From Octopus sinensis (lineage: Eukaryota), in contig NC_043015.1 of NCBI RefSeq assembly GCF_006345805.1, positions 8,246,001-8,310,000 on the forward strand: 64,000 nucleotides of DNA. The letters are read 5' to 3'. Made by a program: the position numbers and the translations under genes. Positions 13,911 to 29,183 of the stretch are shown here, one piece after another; the stretch's first letter is position 1; every line of letters starts with the position of its first letter. The notes under the pieces are model-generated. The model did not search any database. It was not told the origin of the DNA and was given only the letters and a program-made list of their open reading frames with translations.

Positions 13911-13945
<35 letters not shown>

Positions 13946-14084
13946 CTAGCGATCAAGCAATAAGCCAATCAATTATTCAATCAATCTAACCAAAATCTGT
14001 CTGTTTGTCTGTCCATATGTCCCTCTATGCATGTATATATCTATATATTTATCTATCTCTGTCTATCTACCTATCTATCTATCT

Positions 14085-14310
14085 GAGCTGGCAGACGCGT
14101 TAGCAGGCCGGGCGAAATACTTGACCGTATTTCGTCTGCCGTTACGTTCTGAGTTCAAATTCCGCCGAGGTCCACTTTGCCTTTCATCCTTTCGGGGTAG
14201 ATGAATTAAGTACCAATTGCGCACTCGGGGCGAGGTAATCGACTTAATACCTATGTCTGTTCTTGTTTGTCTCCTCTATGTTTAACCCTTTGTGGGTAAT
14301 AAACAAATAT
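14085..14310 (+). mobile_element. tRNA-derived SINE, family C
   Basis: gagctggcaga...gttagca head, B box gagttcaaattcc, central gcctttcatcctttcgggg.gat.aa..aagtacc domain. Homologous to the copies at 45160, 45372, 51440 and 61160. Confidence 0.85.
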
Positions 14311-14759
14311 ATATATCTATATTTCTTTCTTTCTAATTATGTATCTCTATATTTATCTATCTATCATTCTAACGCTTGCCTCATTTTTATCTTTCAGGTT
14401 ATGATAAAACACTTCATGTTACTGATCATGATCCATCCTTTATATTTCATACATTAACAAGTACTTCTTTAGTTTCTATGGTCAAGCGATTCGTCCTCAG
14501 TACCTATTTTGCAATATCTGTTACTTATTATACCGGTCACTTAGCCGAAGCTTTGAATCATGGGCAAGTAAACAAGCGGTTTTTCAAGCGATAATGGATA
14601 ATGGGCAGAAAACAGAAGCCCAATACACACAAAATCTCTATACAATTGAGAAGCCTCCACACTGATTTAGTGAATCAAATTTGTTCTAAATGCTTTGTTT
14701 GCCGACTCATTAGTGCAGATACTTACATACTCTATTAACGTGCGTGAGGTTGTGAAAGA

Positions 14760-14806
<47 letters not shown>

Positions 14807-16630
14807 TGTGTGTGTGCGTGTGTGAGAGAAAGTGAGAGAGTATGTGTGTTTGTCTGTGTTGTCTGTGTGTCTGTGTTTCTGCGTCTCCTTGAACACAATT
14901 CTTGTTTTTTCAGATGTACAATATATGTTATAAGTATACCAAGTTTCTTTCAACATATTTTATCATATCAGGTACCAAACGATTATGCTTTTCTCATAAT
15001 TGTCCTTTGTCGTCTGCTGGAATTTTTTCTTTGATGATCTTCTCATATCCTTTCTATGTATATGTTTACACTGGGATTCCTTTTAAGCAGTACTACTAAG
15101 TCATCACTTCCGTACAATCTGGATAGTTTAGGTATAATGACCTTATCAGTATCCTACGCGATGATGTGAATACCCACACAAAATGTCAAATGCTGTGTGT
15201 CCTTGCATTATGCTACGCATATTAATTATTAAAATATCTCGATTAGATAGTGCTATTGGCAGAAAAATTAGACCTGGTGGAATAGGTTTATATTATTTGT
15301 AATCCTTTATGCGCTGAGCCAAAATGTGGCTGTGACCAACTCAGCATTTAATCACACCAGGTCAGTAAATTAAAATAGCAATTTTGTTCTGGTTTCAATT
15401 TGATTAACAAAAGGTCTTGCAATACTAAGGGCCCATGGATTTTGATAGTAATAATTGTGTTATTTCTCCGCGAGTAGAATAAGAAATATATCAGGCCACA
15501 TTAAGCGACGAAAACTACCTCTTAGTTTGTTTATAAATGAAATGATATATGTAACCCCCTTTCATAATACATATTTACTAATTTAGAAATAATAGGTGAA
15601 CCTAAAGTCGCTATATTCACAAGTAAAATTTATCAAAATACATTCGTGCAAACAATTAAGTCACTACGAGAATTTCTTCAAATACATCGACAACAGAAAT
15701 ATAATGTTGATTAATAAATTCAGTTTGACTATAATCGAAATTGTTTATATATATAAGAAGACAATAAAACAGCTACAAATTTTGGAAATGTTGCTATTGA
15801 TAGAGAGCTAGAATCACTTGGATGTTAATACTGAAGTGTTTGTAGGAAGGACACAATGTAGCTACGGCCACCGATAATGAGACTGGCGTCTTGATCTATA
15901 TGCTTAAATGGTTTACTCACTCGCAAATGCACTTATTTACTCTTTCATTTAAACAACCGCAAACGCACAAATACAAACTAAAGCAAGCAACATAACATAT
16001 AGACGCAGAGTCTCACACACGCACACGTACTGAAACATAACCATATGTGTATGTGTGTACGTTTATACTGGTGTGTGGTCATGTATTTATACAGTGAATA
16101 AGATGTCTTATAGGCCAATATGCGTAATAATCCAATCAAAGTTCTTGCTAAAGCCTACTAACTATGAATCTATCTTACACACAATGCTTTTCAAATTTGT
16201 GATTATCGATTGTATTCACAATGCTCGAATGTTCTAGGATGAAAATCCAGACACACCGGAATTGTATATCTGGCATCGCTATTGACAATTCCGATTATGT
16301 AGCTTAGATTCCAAGAATAACATGAAAATGCCAATCAGTCATTTCGATTTATTTTATCCCCAAACACTTCAATGCAATTTCAATGAGTTTAGAATGTACA
16401 ACCAGCAAACCAATAACGCTTTCTGGGTTGTGGTCTATTTTCTTTATTCGTGAAACACTATACGCAAATTGCAGTCAGGATGAGCAACATTCTGATTAAG
16501 TGTTTCATAGTTTTTCAAAAGGAATTTTACTCTACATTCATAAATGTTACGCGTGAATATGCATAATGTATTATTGTGAACACTGTATATTTCCATACAT
16601 ACATACAAATATATATCCCTCTCTCTCTCT

Positions 16631-16700
<70 letters not shown>

Positions 16701-16790
16701 ACGCAAATTCATATGTATATATATGTACATATATGTAGGTATATATATAATATATATGTATACATATATATATATATATATATATATTAG

Positions 16791-16831
<41 letters not shown>

Positions 16832-16853
16832 ACATATATAAATACATATATAT

Positions 16854-16888
<35 letters not shown>

Positions 16889-17556
16889 GATATATATATA
16901 TATATATATACGCATATTCGTATGTACTTATATGCAATACATAGAGTCACAAATACACATGTGCGCGTGTGCGTAAGCGTGGTTCTGTTCGTGTATGTGC
17001 ATGTGTGTGTGTATACGTGTCTAGGCGTGTGTGCATGAATGAGCGGGAATATCAGCAAATATATGTTGTATCTCAGATATATAAAATTTGCCCACAAGCA
17101 TGAATGCATACGCAATCTGTTTCACACAAGTATGGAGACACACAGATATACTTAGAGACACATATAGATAATACTACGTAACACTTGGAGAAGAGAGGAT
17201 ATTAAAATATTTCCTAAATTTTATTCTAATATTCTTATAAGCAGTGAAGCACAACACGGATTCATAAACTTTCCTTGTACTCTTTGCATCAATTTTAAAC
17301 GCAAGTATTTTATTATGAATAGGAAATCAATGAAAAGGAAGAAAGCCATGCAAAGCTGTAGGAATTGATATACGCTTGACTCGTTCTCACATATTTCTGA
17401 CGCATTGCAACTAAGAATGTTAGACAAAACTAGTAAAGATTACATCTGAGGTAGCGTATGCATATCTGTCTCTCCTTACGTCCCAAACATATTCAAATAT
17501 ACATGAAAATACTTATAAATCTCTGAAATATGAACATATTATTGCATGGTGCATCT

Positions 17557-17676
<120 letters not shown>

Positions 17677-17814
17677 TGGTGTGTATGTGTATGTGTGTGT
17701 ATATGCATGTATATGTAGCTATGTAAGCATTGATATAAATATATTGGCAATGAGTGTCATTCTATTCTGAAGAGAGAGAGACAGAGAGAGTCAGAGACAG
17801 AAAGAGAGAGATCG

Positions 17815-17894
<80 letters not shown>

Positions 17895-18159
17895 GTGTGT
17901 ATGTGTGTGTGTGTGTGTAGGTAGAAAAGAAACGCATACGGTGAAATAAGATTCATACAGAATATTTACCGTAAACAAATTTACCCCTCTTTATATCATA
18001 TTCTATTGAATTAAATTAGTAATTTTGTGTATATGTCTATGTGCGTGTGCGTGTCTGTATGTATATACATACATACACGCACATACACACAGTTATATAT
18101 TATATATAGATATATATATATATTATGATGGCTGCCCAAATGCATACATAGATACATAC

Positions 18160-18208
<49 letters not shown>

Positions 18209-18720
18209 AAACTAAAAATTGCTTTCTCCGGTAAATTCTCGACGCGATTTTGTTGTACACGCGTTATATTATCACGGGAGAGAATTCACATCCTATATTC
18301 ATATTGTATTTTACATTTCATCACTTACTAGCAGAGCCGAAAACTGTCCTTCACCACAACTACAATACATACATTCATCACCATCATCAACATCGATAGC
18401 AAGTGAACCTCAAAATAATGATTTCTTCGGCCCTGCATTACAACCAAAATCGTCCACTTGCTTCAGCATCTCCACTAACCGTTATATCTTTCCTTCTACC
18501 ATATCTACTTCCTAATAACTACATACTTTTTCTGTGAATTTATATTACCAGTTAAATCAAACCCGCAAGCATGTCACGTGACTGATGAGCCAATCTATTT
18601 TTATGGATTATAGTGATAGACTGCATTTTATCCCACTCCATCTAGATATGCATCTTTCTATCTATATCTCTCTATACATATATGATTTATAAATGTATAT
18701 AATATATATATATATCTATA

Positions 18721-19075
18721 TTCTTTTTATTCTTCTATTTGTTTCAACCATTAGACTGCGGCCATGCTTGAACACCACCTTTAGTCGAACATAAGACTTA
18801 TTCTTTGTAAGCCTGCTACTTGTTGTATCGGTTTCCTTCGTCGAACTGCTAAGCTACGGGGACGTGAACACACCAACATCGGTTGCCAATCAATGGTGGG
18901 AGAACAAACACAGACAGACACACACATGCATAGACACATATATATAAACGACAGGCTTTGGTTAGCCCGAGACTATAATAGAAAACACTTGCCCAATGCG
19001 TCACGCAGTGGGACTGAACATAGAACCATGTGATTGGTAAGCAAGCTACTTACCACACAGCCACTCCTGCGCCTA
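18721..19075 (-). mobile_element. tRNA-derived SINE, family A
   Basis: Near full length; the head taggcgcaggagtggctgtgtggtaag is intact on the minus strand. Confidence 0.9.
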
Positions 19076-21457
19076 TGTTTCTATTTTAAAATTTCTGTGT
19101 GTATCTGTGTATCACTCTGTATATCTTTCTATCTCTATATCTATATGTCTCTTTATCTATATATGTATATTTATTTTTGAGTATGTGTCGATCTTTTGCT
19201 CCCAGCTATAATACTTTATCAATGCAGTATATAAATATCCAATTTTATCGTCTCATGCACACGCACAATCACGCATAGGTATAGAATATCCATACATACA
19301 CACACAATGTCAATTAACTCTCTTCCTGACAAATATCATTATGTAGATCCAAATTCATAAGCTGAAATGTTAATGCAACATATCACATTTGGTCTGAATA
19401 CGTGTGTCTTGAGAGTGCACACAACGTAACACTTTAATTTGTTTATATCTCCCAGAATATGTTGCTTTTATAATCGATTCTCATACTTGTAATATTATAG
19501 CATAACATAAAACATATTGCACAATTAAATGGTGGTGGATGTCTACTTTTATTTTGAGATGTAGCGTAATTGCTGAAGAAAAACTAAATTTACATTCAAA
19601 CGATACTACGAGCGAGCAGTGTTCTCTAACGAACAGTAGATTAGTTACGTGTTTGATAGACGTCTTCTGGAATTCTTGAGAGCTAGAGAAATTCATTGTG
19701 GTAGTTGAAATCGAAGTGAGGTGTTCCAGGCACTACCGGCTAGTTATTATTAAATGGATTTCGAACTGGGAATATTAAGTCAATATTAATTTGACAACGT
19801 CCATCATTGATCGACTGCTGTTCGGTGTAATGCGGAACGAGCACATCGTTTTGAATATGTGCAGGACTTTGGTCTGTAAACCGTCGGAAGGCAAACCACT
19901 CCACTATTTCAATGCCACTCATGATGTCACTATTACGATAACATCAATACGTTTGACAGTATTCTCACGCAGAAATGTGTCTCTTATCAACTCTTATCAT
20001 CAGTAGAGCCAAACTGACAGTTTAGCTGCGACTACGATAACCAACGTAAAGTTGAATTGCGATGATACAGATCGTTGTAATCTATCGTAATCCCATAGAA
20101 AATTATATAAAACAAGAATCATACGACCATCGAGATATACTGCTTTTGGCACTTAGTGTATTTCTGAGGATTCCAGAAACACATGTTGAATATGATGCTT
20201 ATATATTTATAATCTTCACGTTAAAGACAATAAACATAGGCATGCTCTGTAAGTTCTGACGTAAATAGTAACGTATTAAATTAGTCCAACATTGAACAGA
20301 AACCGAAACGCAGTTGGTATAAATCTTCTTCTTGTTTGGTATAACACATCATGTTGAATAAGAATTTCCTTAGATATCAGTCATTAAATCAATATGTGTA
20401 TGTTATTGCTATAACTTAGTTTCATTTCCCATACAATTTGAATCTGGTGATATTTGAGAGGAAATCAACATGGGATGAAATGATATACATCATAATGTGC
20501 AACCCTTACATCCCACAGTCACATAAATCTGTGTATTCAAAAGATTTATCGCATTATTATTGATGTTGGATATATAAAGGGTGTACCAAATACATTTCCC
20601 TCTCTCTAGAATCACACATATACCTGCATACAGTCGCACACCGACACAAATATGCACACACACGCACACATATACACAGGCTTAAATATGTGCGTGAGCG
20701 TGCTAAAGTGTGAACACATATTCATACTATACATATGTCTATTATTGTAAATAGTAAAATTGCAACGGGATTTTCTTTCAAGCAGACATATTGAAGACAT
20801 GCCTATGATGCAATTTAACATATTTTCTGTCAAATATTTAGTCATATTCCATTATTATTTCTTTAGGGGTATTTTCGAGCAATAATTTTCCGAAACTATT
20901 AAGGGACTTCTGTAATTCATTACATGAAACATACACTATTATTGGGAAATTATTTCTTATTTTTCTAGAATGTAGGAAACTTTATGTGAATACTAATAAA
21001 CATCCCATACCAATTTACTGGAGAACTGTGGCAATATCTTCAGTTAAAAAGCAGAGCGATGAAATAATGACTTATATGATTAGTTTCGGTTCCTGTACTC
21101 TATTTATGTAAGCTCAATGCTTCTAGATGTCCGATTTTCGCAAAGGACACCGAAACTTTACAACATCATTGGTTAGATTGATGTATGTATAGCATGTAGT
21201 ATTTTCTATCAATCTGAACATTATTACGGTAATATTGAGATATCGACGTCAGAAAAACGCAGAAACAGCATAAAACACCAGGTTTGAAAATTTAAACAAA
21301 GCAATCTTACGGTTGAACATACATGTACACATGCACACATACACGCACTCATATATATATTTAGAAAATACACATTCACAGACACGCACACAATCACACG
21401 TGAATTTGTTGTCGAAAAGGCACCTGGATTTGAAACACTTGTAATTGGTTTTAAACA

Positions 21458-22560
21458 TTATTTATATACATACAAAACTAGTTTCAACACTTTTTTTTTA
21501 AATCAAAGGTTTAAACGTATGGGATTTTAAAAATTGTAAATTTCGAAGGCGAAAACATGTTTAAATGGTTAAATGTTCGCGCAATTCAGTACTATTAAAA
21601 CTTATCGGCGAAGAATATATAAAAAAATGTGGATCAACATGTTTAAAGGATTAAAGGTACACAAAATTCAATAATACAAGAAATGATCGGCGAAGAATAT
21701 AAAAAAAAAAATCTAGATCACCAAAAGGTCGGTCATGGTGAGTTCAGTGAGATGAAAAAAAGCGAAAGGAAGAGAGTAAATAAAAGGGCTTTTGCTACAG
21801 TTACTGTCGTATTGGGTTCTGTTTTCCGTCGCGTTCAGGGTTTTGGCTTGTAACGCAATGTTTTGGAATCAGGGTATTAATATTTTTTTTTACCGCGAAT
21901 GGACCTAATTTTTGATTTGTTAGAATTCTGATGACATTTTATTCTTTCTAGTGATACATTTTGGCGTTCTGCTTGATTGAACGGTATATTTATTTTCGTA
22001 TGTTTTGGGTGGCAGGAAGAGAATAGAAGATATCGTTTTGAATGAGTTGGTTTAAGGAAGATGTCGGTTTTAATTTCAATATCTCTTTTTATGATTAAAA
22101 TGTGCAGGAAGGATAGCAGTTTGGGACTGTATTCCACTGTGAATTGGATACTGTGGTTAATGCTGTTGATTAAGTTTTTAAATTCTAAGAGTTGCTTGAT
22201 CAAAATTTTAAATTCTAAGATTTGCTCAAGGCTATGTGACCACAGAATCAAACAATCATCTAGGTAGCGTTTCGAGTTGGCAAATAAGTAATTTTGGAAG
22301 TTTTCTCTATTGTGCTCTTATATTTGGACTTCTAAGCATGCCATGATAAAGTTTGCTAAAGTAGTGTTGTCCCCGTTCCCATCGCAGTGCCCGATATTTG
22401 AATATATGTATTCCCGTTGAAGTTGAAGAATTTGCTCTGTATGATGAATTTTATTCCTTCAATAATGAACCGGTGAGGAATGTCATTTGGGAATTTTTCC
22501 ATTCAGAATTGAATGGCTTCTATTCCGTTTTCGTGAGGAATCGAATGTATAGCTTTATCA
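21458..22560 (-). mobile_element. Penelope-like element remnant, left arm of palindrome (RT motifs, thumb, 3' region)
   Basis: Minus-strand translation gives YIQISGTAMGT, LANFIMACLE, KRYLDDCLILWS (RT catalytic YLDD) and LLFSSCHPKHTKINIPF, with stops and frameshifts. Confidence 0.9.
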
Positions 22561-24034
22561 CCGAGTTTTATAAAGGATGATCTGAACTGTTTAAGCCAAC
22601 TCCTGAACCAGAGAAGAAAGGATTCCCTTCTGATTTCATTCGATGTAATAAACATATACACTTCGATTACTCACGAATACAGAATAGAAGTCATTCCATT
22701 CTGGATGGAAAAATTCCCAAATGACATTCGTGACCGATCCAGAAAAGGATTCATCATTGAAGGGATAAAGATCATCCTACAGAACAAATTCTTCAACTTC
22801 AAGGAGAATATCTACATACAAAAATCGGTCAGTGCGATGAGTAATGTAAAGCACCGAGCAATGCAACAGCACTAACTGCGGACATTAGATCTATTTCTTG
22901 CAGAGATCAACATATAAACTTATGTCAGATCCAACTTTTACCATACAAAATCACTTCATCTGTGCATCGAAGAACTTCATGTATGATCTCAAGTGTTGTG
23001 GGTGTGATGGAGACTACATAGGTCAGAATAGTTTGTCCTTGAAAGAGTACACAGTCAACAAATCCTGGACTCCACGACCAGGAAAATTTCTGGAAGCAAA
23101 CACCTAGACCAATGCCCCGTAAACATGAACCCGAAATACCAAATCTTCTCTCTCTATCAATGCACCGGATACAATTCAACCAAATTCCGATTGAATACGG
23201 AAAGCACACTCATTAAAATATATGAACCACAGCTGAATATCCTATAGAAAGAAGAAAAAAGAATAAAAAGAATAAAAAGAATAAAAATACTCTATTTCTC
23301 CAAACAAAGACAACCAGATACAACAGATATAATTCGAAAATCTTTAGTAACAGTATTCATCTTGAGTTTTGAAACACCAACACCACATCACCATACAATT
23401 ACACCATAAAACACCTGTTGGTGACGTTACCTATCTCTAGACCAGTAACATATTACCCCCATTCAGAACCGGATCTTCAGCAAATAAAACAAACTGTTCC
23501 TTTAAGAGAATCAGCTAAGAGGAACGGTAGACGGCCATTCTCTACAGGGATGCCAACGAGGCAGAACACCAAATTTGATCACCAGAAAGAATAAGACATC
23601 ATCAGAATTCTAACGATTCAAAAATTAGATCCATTCACAGAGAAACTTATAAATGCACTATATCCAAAACGCTTGATTCCAAGCAAGCTACGGAAAAAGA
23701 ACCCAATATGATAAAAAACGTAACAAAAGCCCTTTTCTTTACCCCTTTCACTTCACTTTTTGCCCTCTCTCTGAACTCAGCACGACCGACATTTTGGTGA
23801 TACAGAATTTTTATATTCTTCGTCGATCCTTTCTGATATCATTGTATCTTGCGTACATTTAATTATTTAAACATGTTGATCCAAATTAGTTTATATATTC
23901 TTCACCGATAATTTTTAATGTAGAATTTTGCGAACTATCAAACATTTAAACGTATTTTGCACTTTTTAAAAGGCAATACGTTTATATCAATGATAACCAA
24001 ATTTTGAAACTAGTTCGGTATGTATGTAAATAAC
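22561..24034 (+). mobile_element. Penelope-like element remnant, right arm of palindrome (RT motif A region, GIY-YIG, 3' region)
   Basis: The frame from 22561 reads PSFIKDD...LLISFDVINIYTSITHE...ILQNKFFNF. After a deletion it gives FICASKNFMYDLKCCGCDGDYIGQ and YQIFSLYQC...ESTLIKIYEPQLNIL* (stop ~23247). Confidence 0.9.
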
Positions 24035-24590
24035 TTTATTAAAAAACAATTAGAAGTTTTTCAAAATTTATGTGCATTTTGAACAACAAATTCTCCTATA
24101 TATTTCCTGCAGGAAATAAACCCCTTCTTTTCTGATATGTGCGTGTGTATAAAACTTGTTTTTTATGGTATTTCAAGAAATATAAATCGTTCACCAATTT
24201 TGAAGTGTAATAAACATTAGAAAAATATTTTGTTATGTTCATAAAATTCACAAATAGCGCTTTCATTCGTTCGTAATATTCATCAGATTTTAAAATGCAT
24301 TTAACTGACAGTAAAATGACTGACTTCTTTTTTGTACTTCGTAGAAGGCTCTAAGAAGAATTTTTCGAATACGGTTTTGATCAGTCCGCAAGCAGCTTAA
24401 ACGTTACAGTTTGCCAGGCGTACCGATATAACTGGCATATATCCCACATTTATTTTATCCAATTAGCTTGCAGTTTACATGTAATAGTTTTATGAGTGAG
24501 CTAACTTAGTTGGTTTCATTGGCGTGAGTCTTCTGTAATTTGTTTATATCCATATGTTAAAGATATGTTTTAATCCACATCATTAACTGG

Positions 24591-24961
24591 TTACTCTTTT
24601 ACTCTTTTACTTTGCTGGAGCACCGCCTTTTAATCGAGCAACTCGACCCCGGGGACTTATTCTTTTGTAAGCCCAGTACTTATTCTATCGGTCTCTTTTG
24701 CCGAACCGCTAAGTAACGGGGACGTAAACACACCAGCATCGGGGACAAACACAGACACACAAACACACACACGCATATATATATATATACATATATACGA
24801 CGGGCTTCTTTCAGTTTCCGTCTACCAAATCCACTCACAAGGCTTTGGTCGGCCCGAGGCTATAGTAGATGACACTTGCCCAAGGTGCCACGCAGTGGGA
24901 CTGAACCCGGAACCATGTGGTTGGTAAACAAGCTACTTACCACACAGCCACTCCTACGCTA
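24591..24961 (-). mobile_element. tRNA-derived SINE, family A (best-preserved copy)
   Basis: A box TGGCTGTGTGG, B-box-like GGTTCAGTCCC, internal (TG)/(TA) microsatellite, (AAAAGAGT)n tail on the minus strand. Confidence 0.93.
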
Positions 24962-25009
24962 TAATATAATAACACTCCTGGTTGTTATATTATTGTTGTA
25001 ATTTCCATT

Positions 25010-25640
25010 GAGAACAGCTTTCAGAATTTTAATAAATCATTTTTCTTTTTACTTTCCTTCAACCTCACTTCTGTCATGTAGTTTGTGGAAAGTAAAAATA
25101 AGAAATATGTTCTGACTGCATGTTTCTCTATGTTCGCTGAATGGAATTTGGCGAACATTGATGTTCCGAATTTGTCGCTTGTGGACGCGTAAGCGTTCCG
25201 ATAATGTATTTCTTGTCTCGCCAATATATAGTTCTCGTAATTCGGGCATTTAATGCACTAGATCAAATTTCTGCTTTCGTTGTTCATAACTGCGTTTGTG
25301 AAAAGCTGTTCAATTTCAAATCATGCCACCCATCACACACAAAACGCAACATTCCGAGCTGTCTAGTCAGGAAAATTTGTACTATGTTAGATGATCCAAA
25401 TAACAGGAACACACGCCTTCTTGAACTCAAAGTGTGTCTGCTCAAGCAAAATTATCTTCTACTACTTATACAGAGAATAGCATCCAATGAGCAAAAGAAA
25501 TACCTATAGAACAACTTAGAAAGACGAACGCAGCGACTGAACAGAAGACCATTTCAAGTAACACAGAATTCGCACAGCCTCAGATTGCCCAACAATACGT
25601 CCTCCTTGAAATTCTTACAGTTCTGCTGACTTTTTGGGCG
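25010..25640. mobile_element. Penelope-like fragment with 5' inversion (GIY-YIG on -, thumb/linker on +)
   Basis: Minus 25310->25010 reads SRNLI*CIKCP..ELYIGETRNTLSERLRVHKRQI. Plus from ~25312 reads FNFKSCHPSHTKRNIPSCLVRKICT...LLELKVCLLKQNY. Confidence 0.88.
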
Positions 25641-25814
25641 TGGCATGGTTACTCTTTCAAAATGTGTAATATAATGGCACCTGGAATGAAAAAAGAATAA
25701 TTACATTGTAAGTTCTATACCGTTGAAAACATATTAAGGCAATTAGATCAGAAATTTTGAAACCTAAATGTGTCTATGGTATCTATTAATTCCTGCATGT
25801 TTGTATATATGTAT

Positions 25815-25848
<34 letters not shown>

Positions 25849-25849
25849 G

Positions 25850-25887
<38 letters not shown>

Positions 25888-25892
25888 TATAT

Positions 25893-25925
<33 letters not shown>

Positions 25926-25975
25926 GATATATATATATATATATATATAATATATATATATATAATATATATATA

Positions 25976-26051
<76 letters not shown>

Positions 26052-26657
26052 ATGCATATACAGCATATACACATATACGGGAGAAGGTACGTGTGTGTAT
26101 AAGAATATATATCGGTGTATGTATTTGAATATGAAATTTTTAAGTTTTCAGTTGCTTTTCTACACATTGATAAAAGACAATATACAGGGAAAATAAACTA
26201 TATGGCAACGTGCGTATTTTAATAACTTAAGACTATTGATGAGAAACATATTATTGTCGTATGTATGTATATATGTAGTACGTCAATAATACGGGCATTA
26301 AACTGTTATTTAAGGTTGGTTAAGTATTGCTAAATATTTCTGCCTTATTTCACGTTTGGCATGATATAAAGTTACAGGAGATTAAAGTATACACCAAATA
26401 TTTTCTGATTGTATTTTTATCATGCTTTGATTTCAATGTATAGAAACAATACAACGAAAGAAGTATTTTGCCATTAAGGTATTGTAATTCATAATCAATA
26501 AGAAGTAAAATTTATTCCATTTTTTTATGATAGCGATATAACAGACACTTTCAGCGCATTATACAATCATAACGATACACACACACATATAGCAGCATAA
26601 CTACGCATATGTTTGTACAGTAAAAAAGTATACAATATTTTACTCTCTCTCTACATC

Positions 26658-26699
<42 letters not shown>

Positions 26700-27811
26700 C
26701 ACATATATATATGTATATATATATTATATATCTATATATATATATACATGTATTCATACATATATATGTGTATATATACAGACACACATATATGTATTAT
26801 AAACATACATGTAATCAATTATTAATGTTATTTCTCCAGTTATTACCATATTATTTTTATTATTAATGTTTATTATTGTAATCATTATTATTAGTATTAT
26901 TGTTGTTGTTTTCATTGAAAAATTCATTCATCTTGTTAACGGAATCTGTTTAAAACATTCAATGTTATATATATATATATGTATGTATATGTCTGTATGT
27001 ATGTACGTACATATGATTTGTAAGTATACAAATCAGCAAATAAATATCACTCACACACACACTCACACACACACACACATACACACGCACACACGCATAC
27101 AAACGAACACACACACACATATTTATAATCTAAGAAATAGAAAAAAATATTTGTCAATTTGAGTGTAATTGTCTAATATTGCCAAAAAAATTATTACTGA
27201 AAACAGACTGAAAAATACTTCAAAATAAATGTATAAATACAAATAAAAAAATTGCAAGCAATACAATTTATAAATGGAAAATATAAAGAAATATATATAT
27301 ATTTAATAAGAACATATTTTTATCATACAGACACACACACACGCGCGCACAAATGTGTATCGCAATCTTCTTCAAATGTTGATTTTTATTGTATTGGTCC
27401 CACGATGCCTGTATGTCTAATCTGATCCACCGCATATATCATAAAGCTAAGGAAAATGATAAACAGTGATTTCAGTGTATATTTATCAGTATTTGTGTTT
27501 ATGCGTGTGTGTGTGTGCTTGTGTGCGTCTGTATTTCTGTGTGTCTGAATGTGTGAGTGTGTATACAGTTGTTCACATATGTGGGGATATACTTTTAGAT
27601 ATATAGACACACTAATGAAAGGACACGCATATATTAGTTTAATTTTCAACGATACAAGAACATATTTATGACGAAATTCGGCGAAATATTAGAAATTGTA
27701 CATACGCGCATAAGCACGCACATACACGCCCACAAAAACACTCACAAACATATGCAGACATGCACGCATTTACACACATATGTATATTATACACATGCAT
27801 ATATGAATAAT

Positions 27812-27870
<59 letters not shown>

Positions 27871-28842
27871 CTATATATAACTATATATATATGTATATAT
27901 GTATATATCTATATCAGTTTATTATAAAAGTACATGTGTTTATACATCGTTTATACATCACATATAGACGCATATATATGTGTATTATATATTATATATA
28001 TATATATATATTATATATATATATATATTATATATATTTGTATATATTATATATATATATATAATTTATATATACATATATATATACAAATATATATATA
28101 TATATTATATATATGTATATATGTATATGTAGATATGTAATTGTGAATACAGAATAGAGCGACACACACAAACAAACAGCCAAGTGAATTCGAATTATTT
28201 AAATAATATCGTATCAGGACCATCCAATATATATTAAATACGAGTGGAATTGACATCAGAGTAAATAAAAGTTTGAATTACATATGAAGAGCTATTCATG
28301 CTAAAATTCTGATATATGTGGTTTTTCGTAATGGAGTGATTCTTAGTAATGTTGCTATGGTTATTGATATGTTTTCATTTGAAGTCAATTAAAGTTTGCT
28401 ATGTTATAATAGATTACTTATTATTTTCTGTTTCTTTCACATCACTTATCAAATGTTTTAGTGTTCGAAAATATATTAAAATGAAAAATAATCACGTTAT
28501 ATGAATAGAAGTTTGAAACATACGTAATTGACTTCTATATGGCCCACCCCAATTGAAAATAAAATAGCCTCTATATAGAGACGCATGTATTGAAATACGT
28601 AGACACACACGCATCCACAATGAAGTACAGCCTTCGCGCACACAACTATACATAAATGGCAAATAATGCATATTGTATATGTATACAATGCGGAATGAAT
28701 TTTTTATATGAAAATATTTTATTTATGCTGGTGACTGTTGCATGCTTATTTGTAGGACACACACATACACACACACAATATATATATATGCATATATACA
28801 TACATATATGTATATAACTATGAACGACCACATACGATAATA

Positions 28843-28887
<45 letters not shown>

Positions 28888-29140
28888 TATATATATACAT
28901 ATATGTATATAGCTATGCACAACCACATACGATAATATATAGAAATATATGTTTGTGCTTATATCTGAGATGTATCCTTTTCACAATATGCGTGTTTGAT
29001 AGATTTTTGGGGAATTAATAAATATATTTTTATATACGTGTATGCATAGGTGTATGTAGACTTATGTATATATATATGTATGTATGTAAATGTAAATATA
29101 TATATAATATATATATATACATATATGCATGTATATAAGC

Positions 29141-29183
<43 letters not shown>

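Noticed and set aside
20156-20194. Hammerhead-like string gtgtattt-CTGAGGA-ttcca-GAAAC-acat-GTT-gaatatg
   Set aside because: The core boxes are present, but stem II is a single U-A pair, stem I is wobble-rich and there is no PLE or repeat context. A chance match in AT-rich DNA is plausible.
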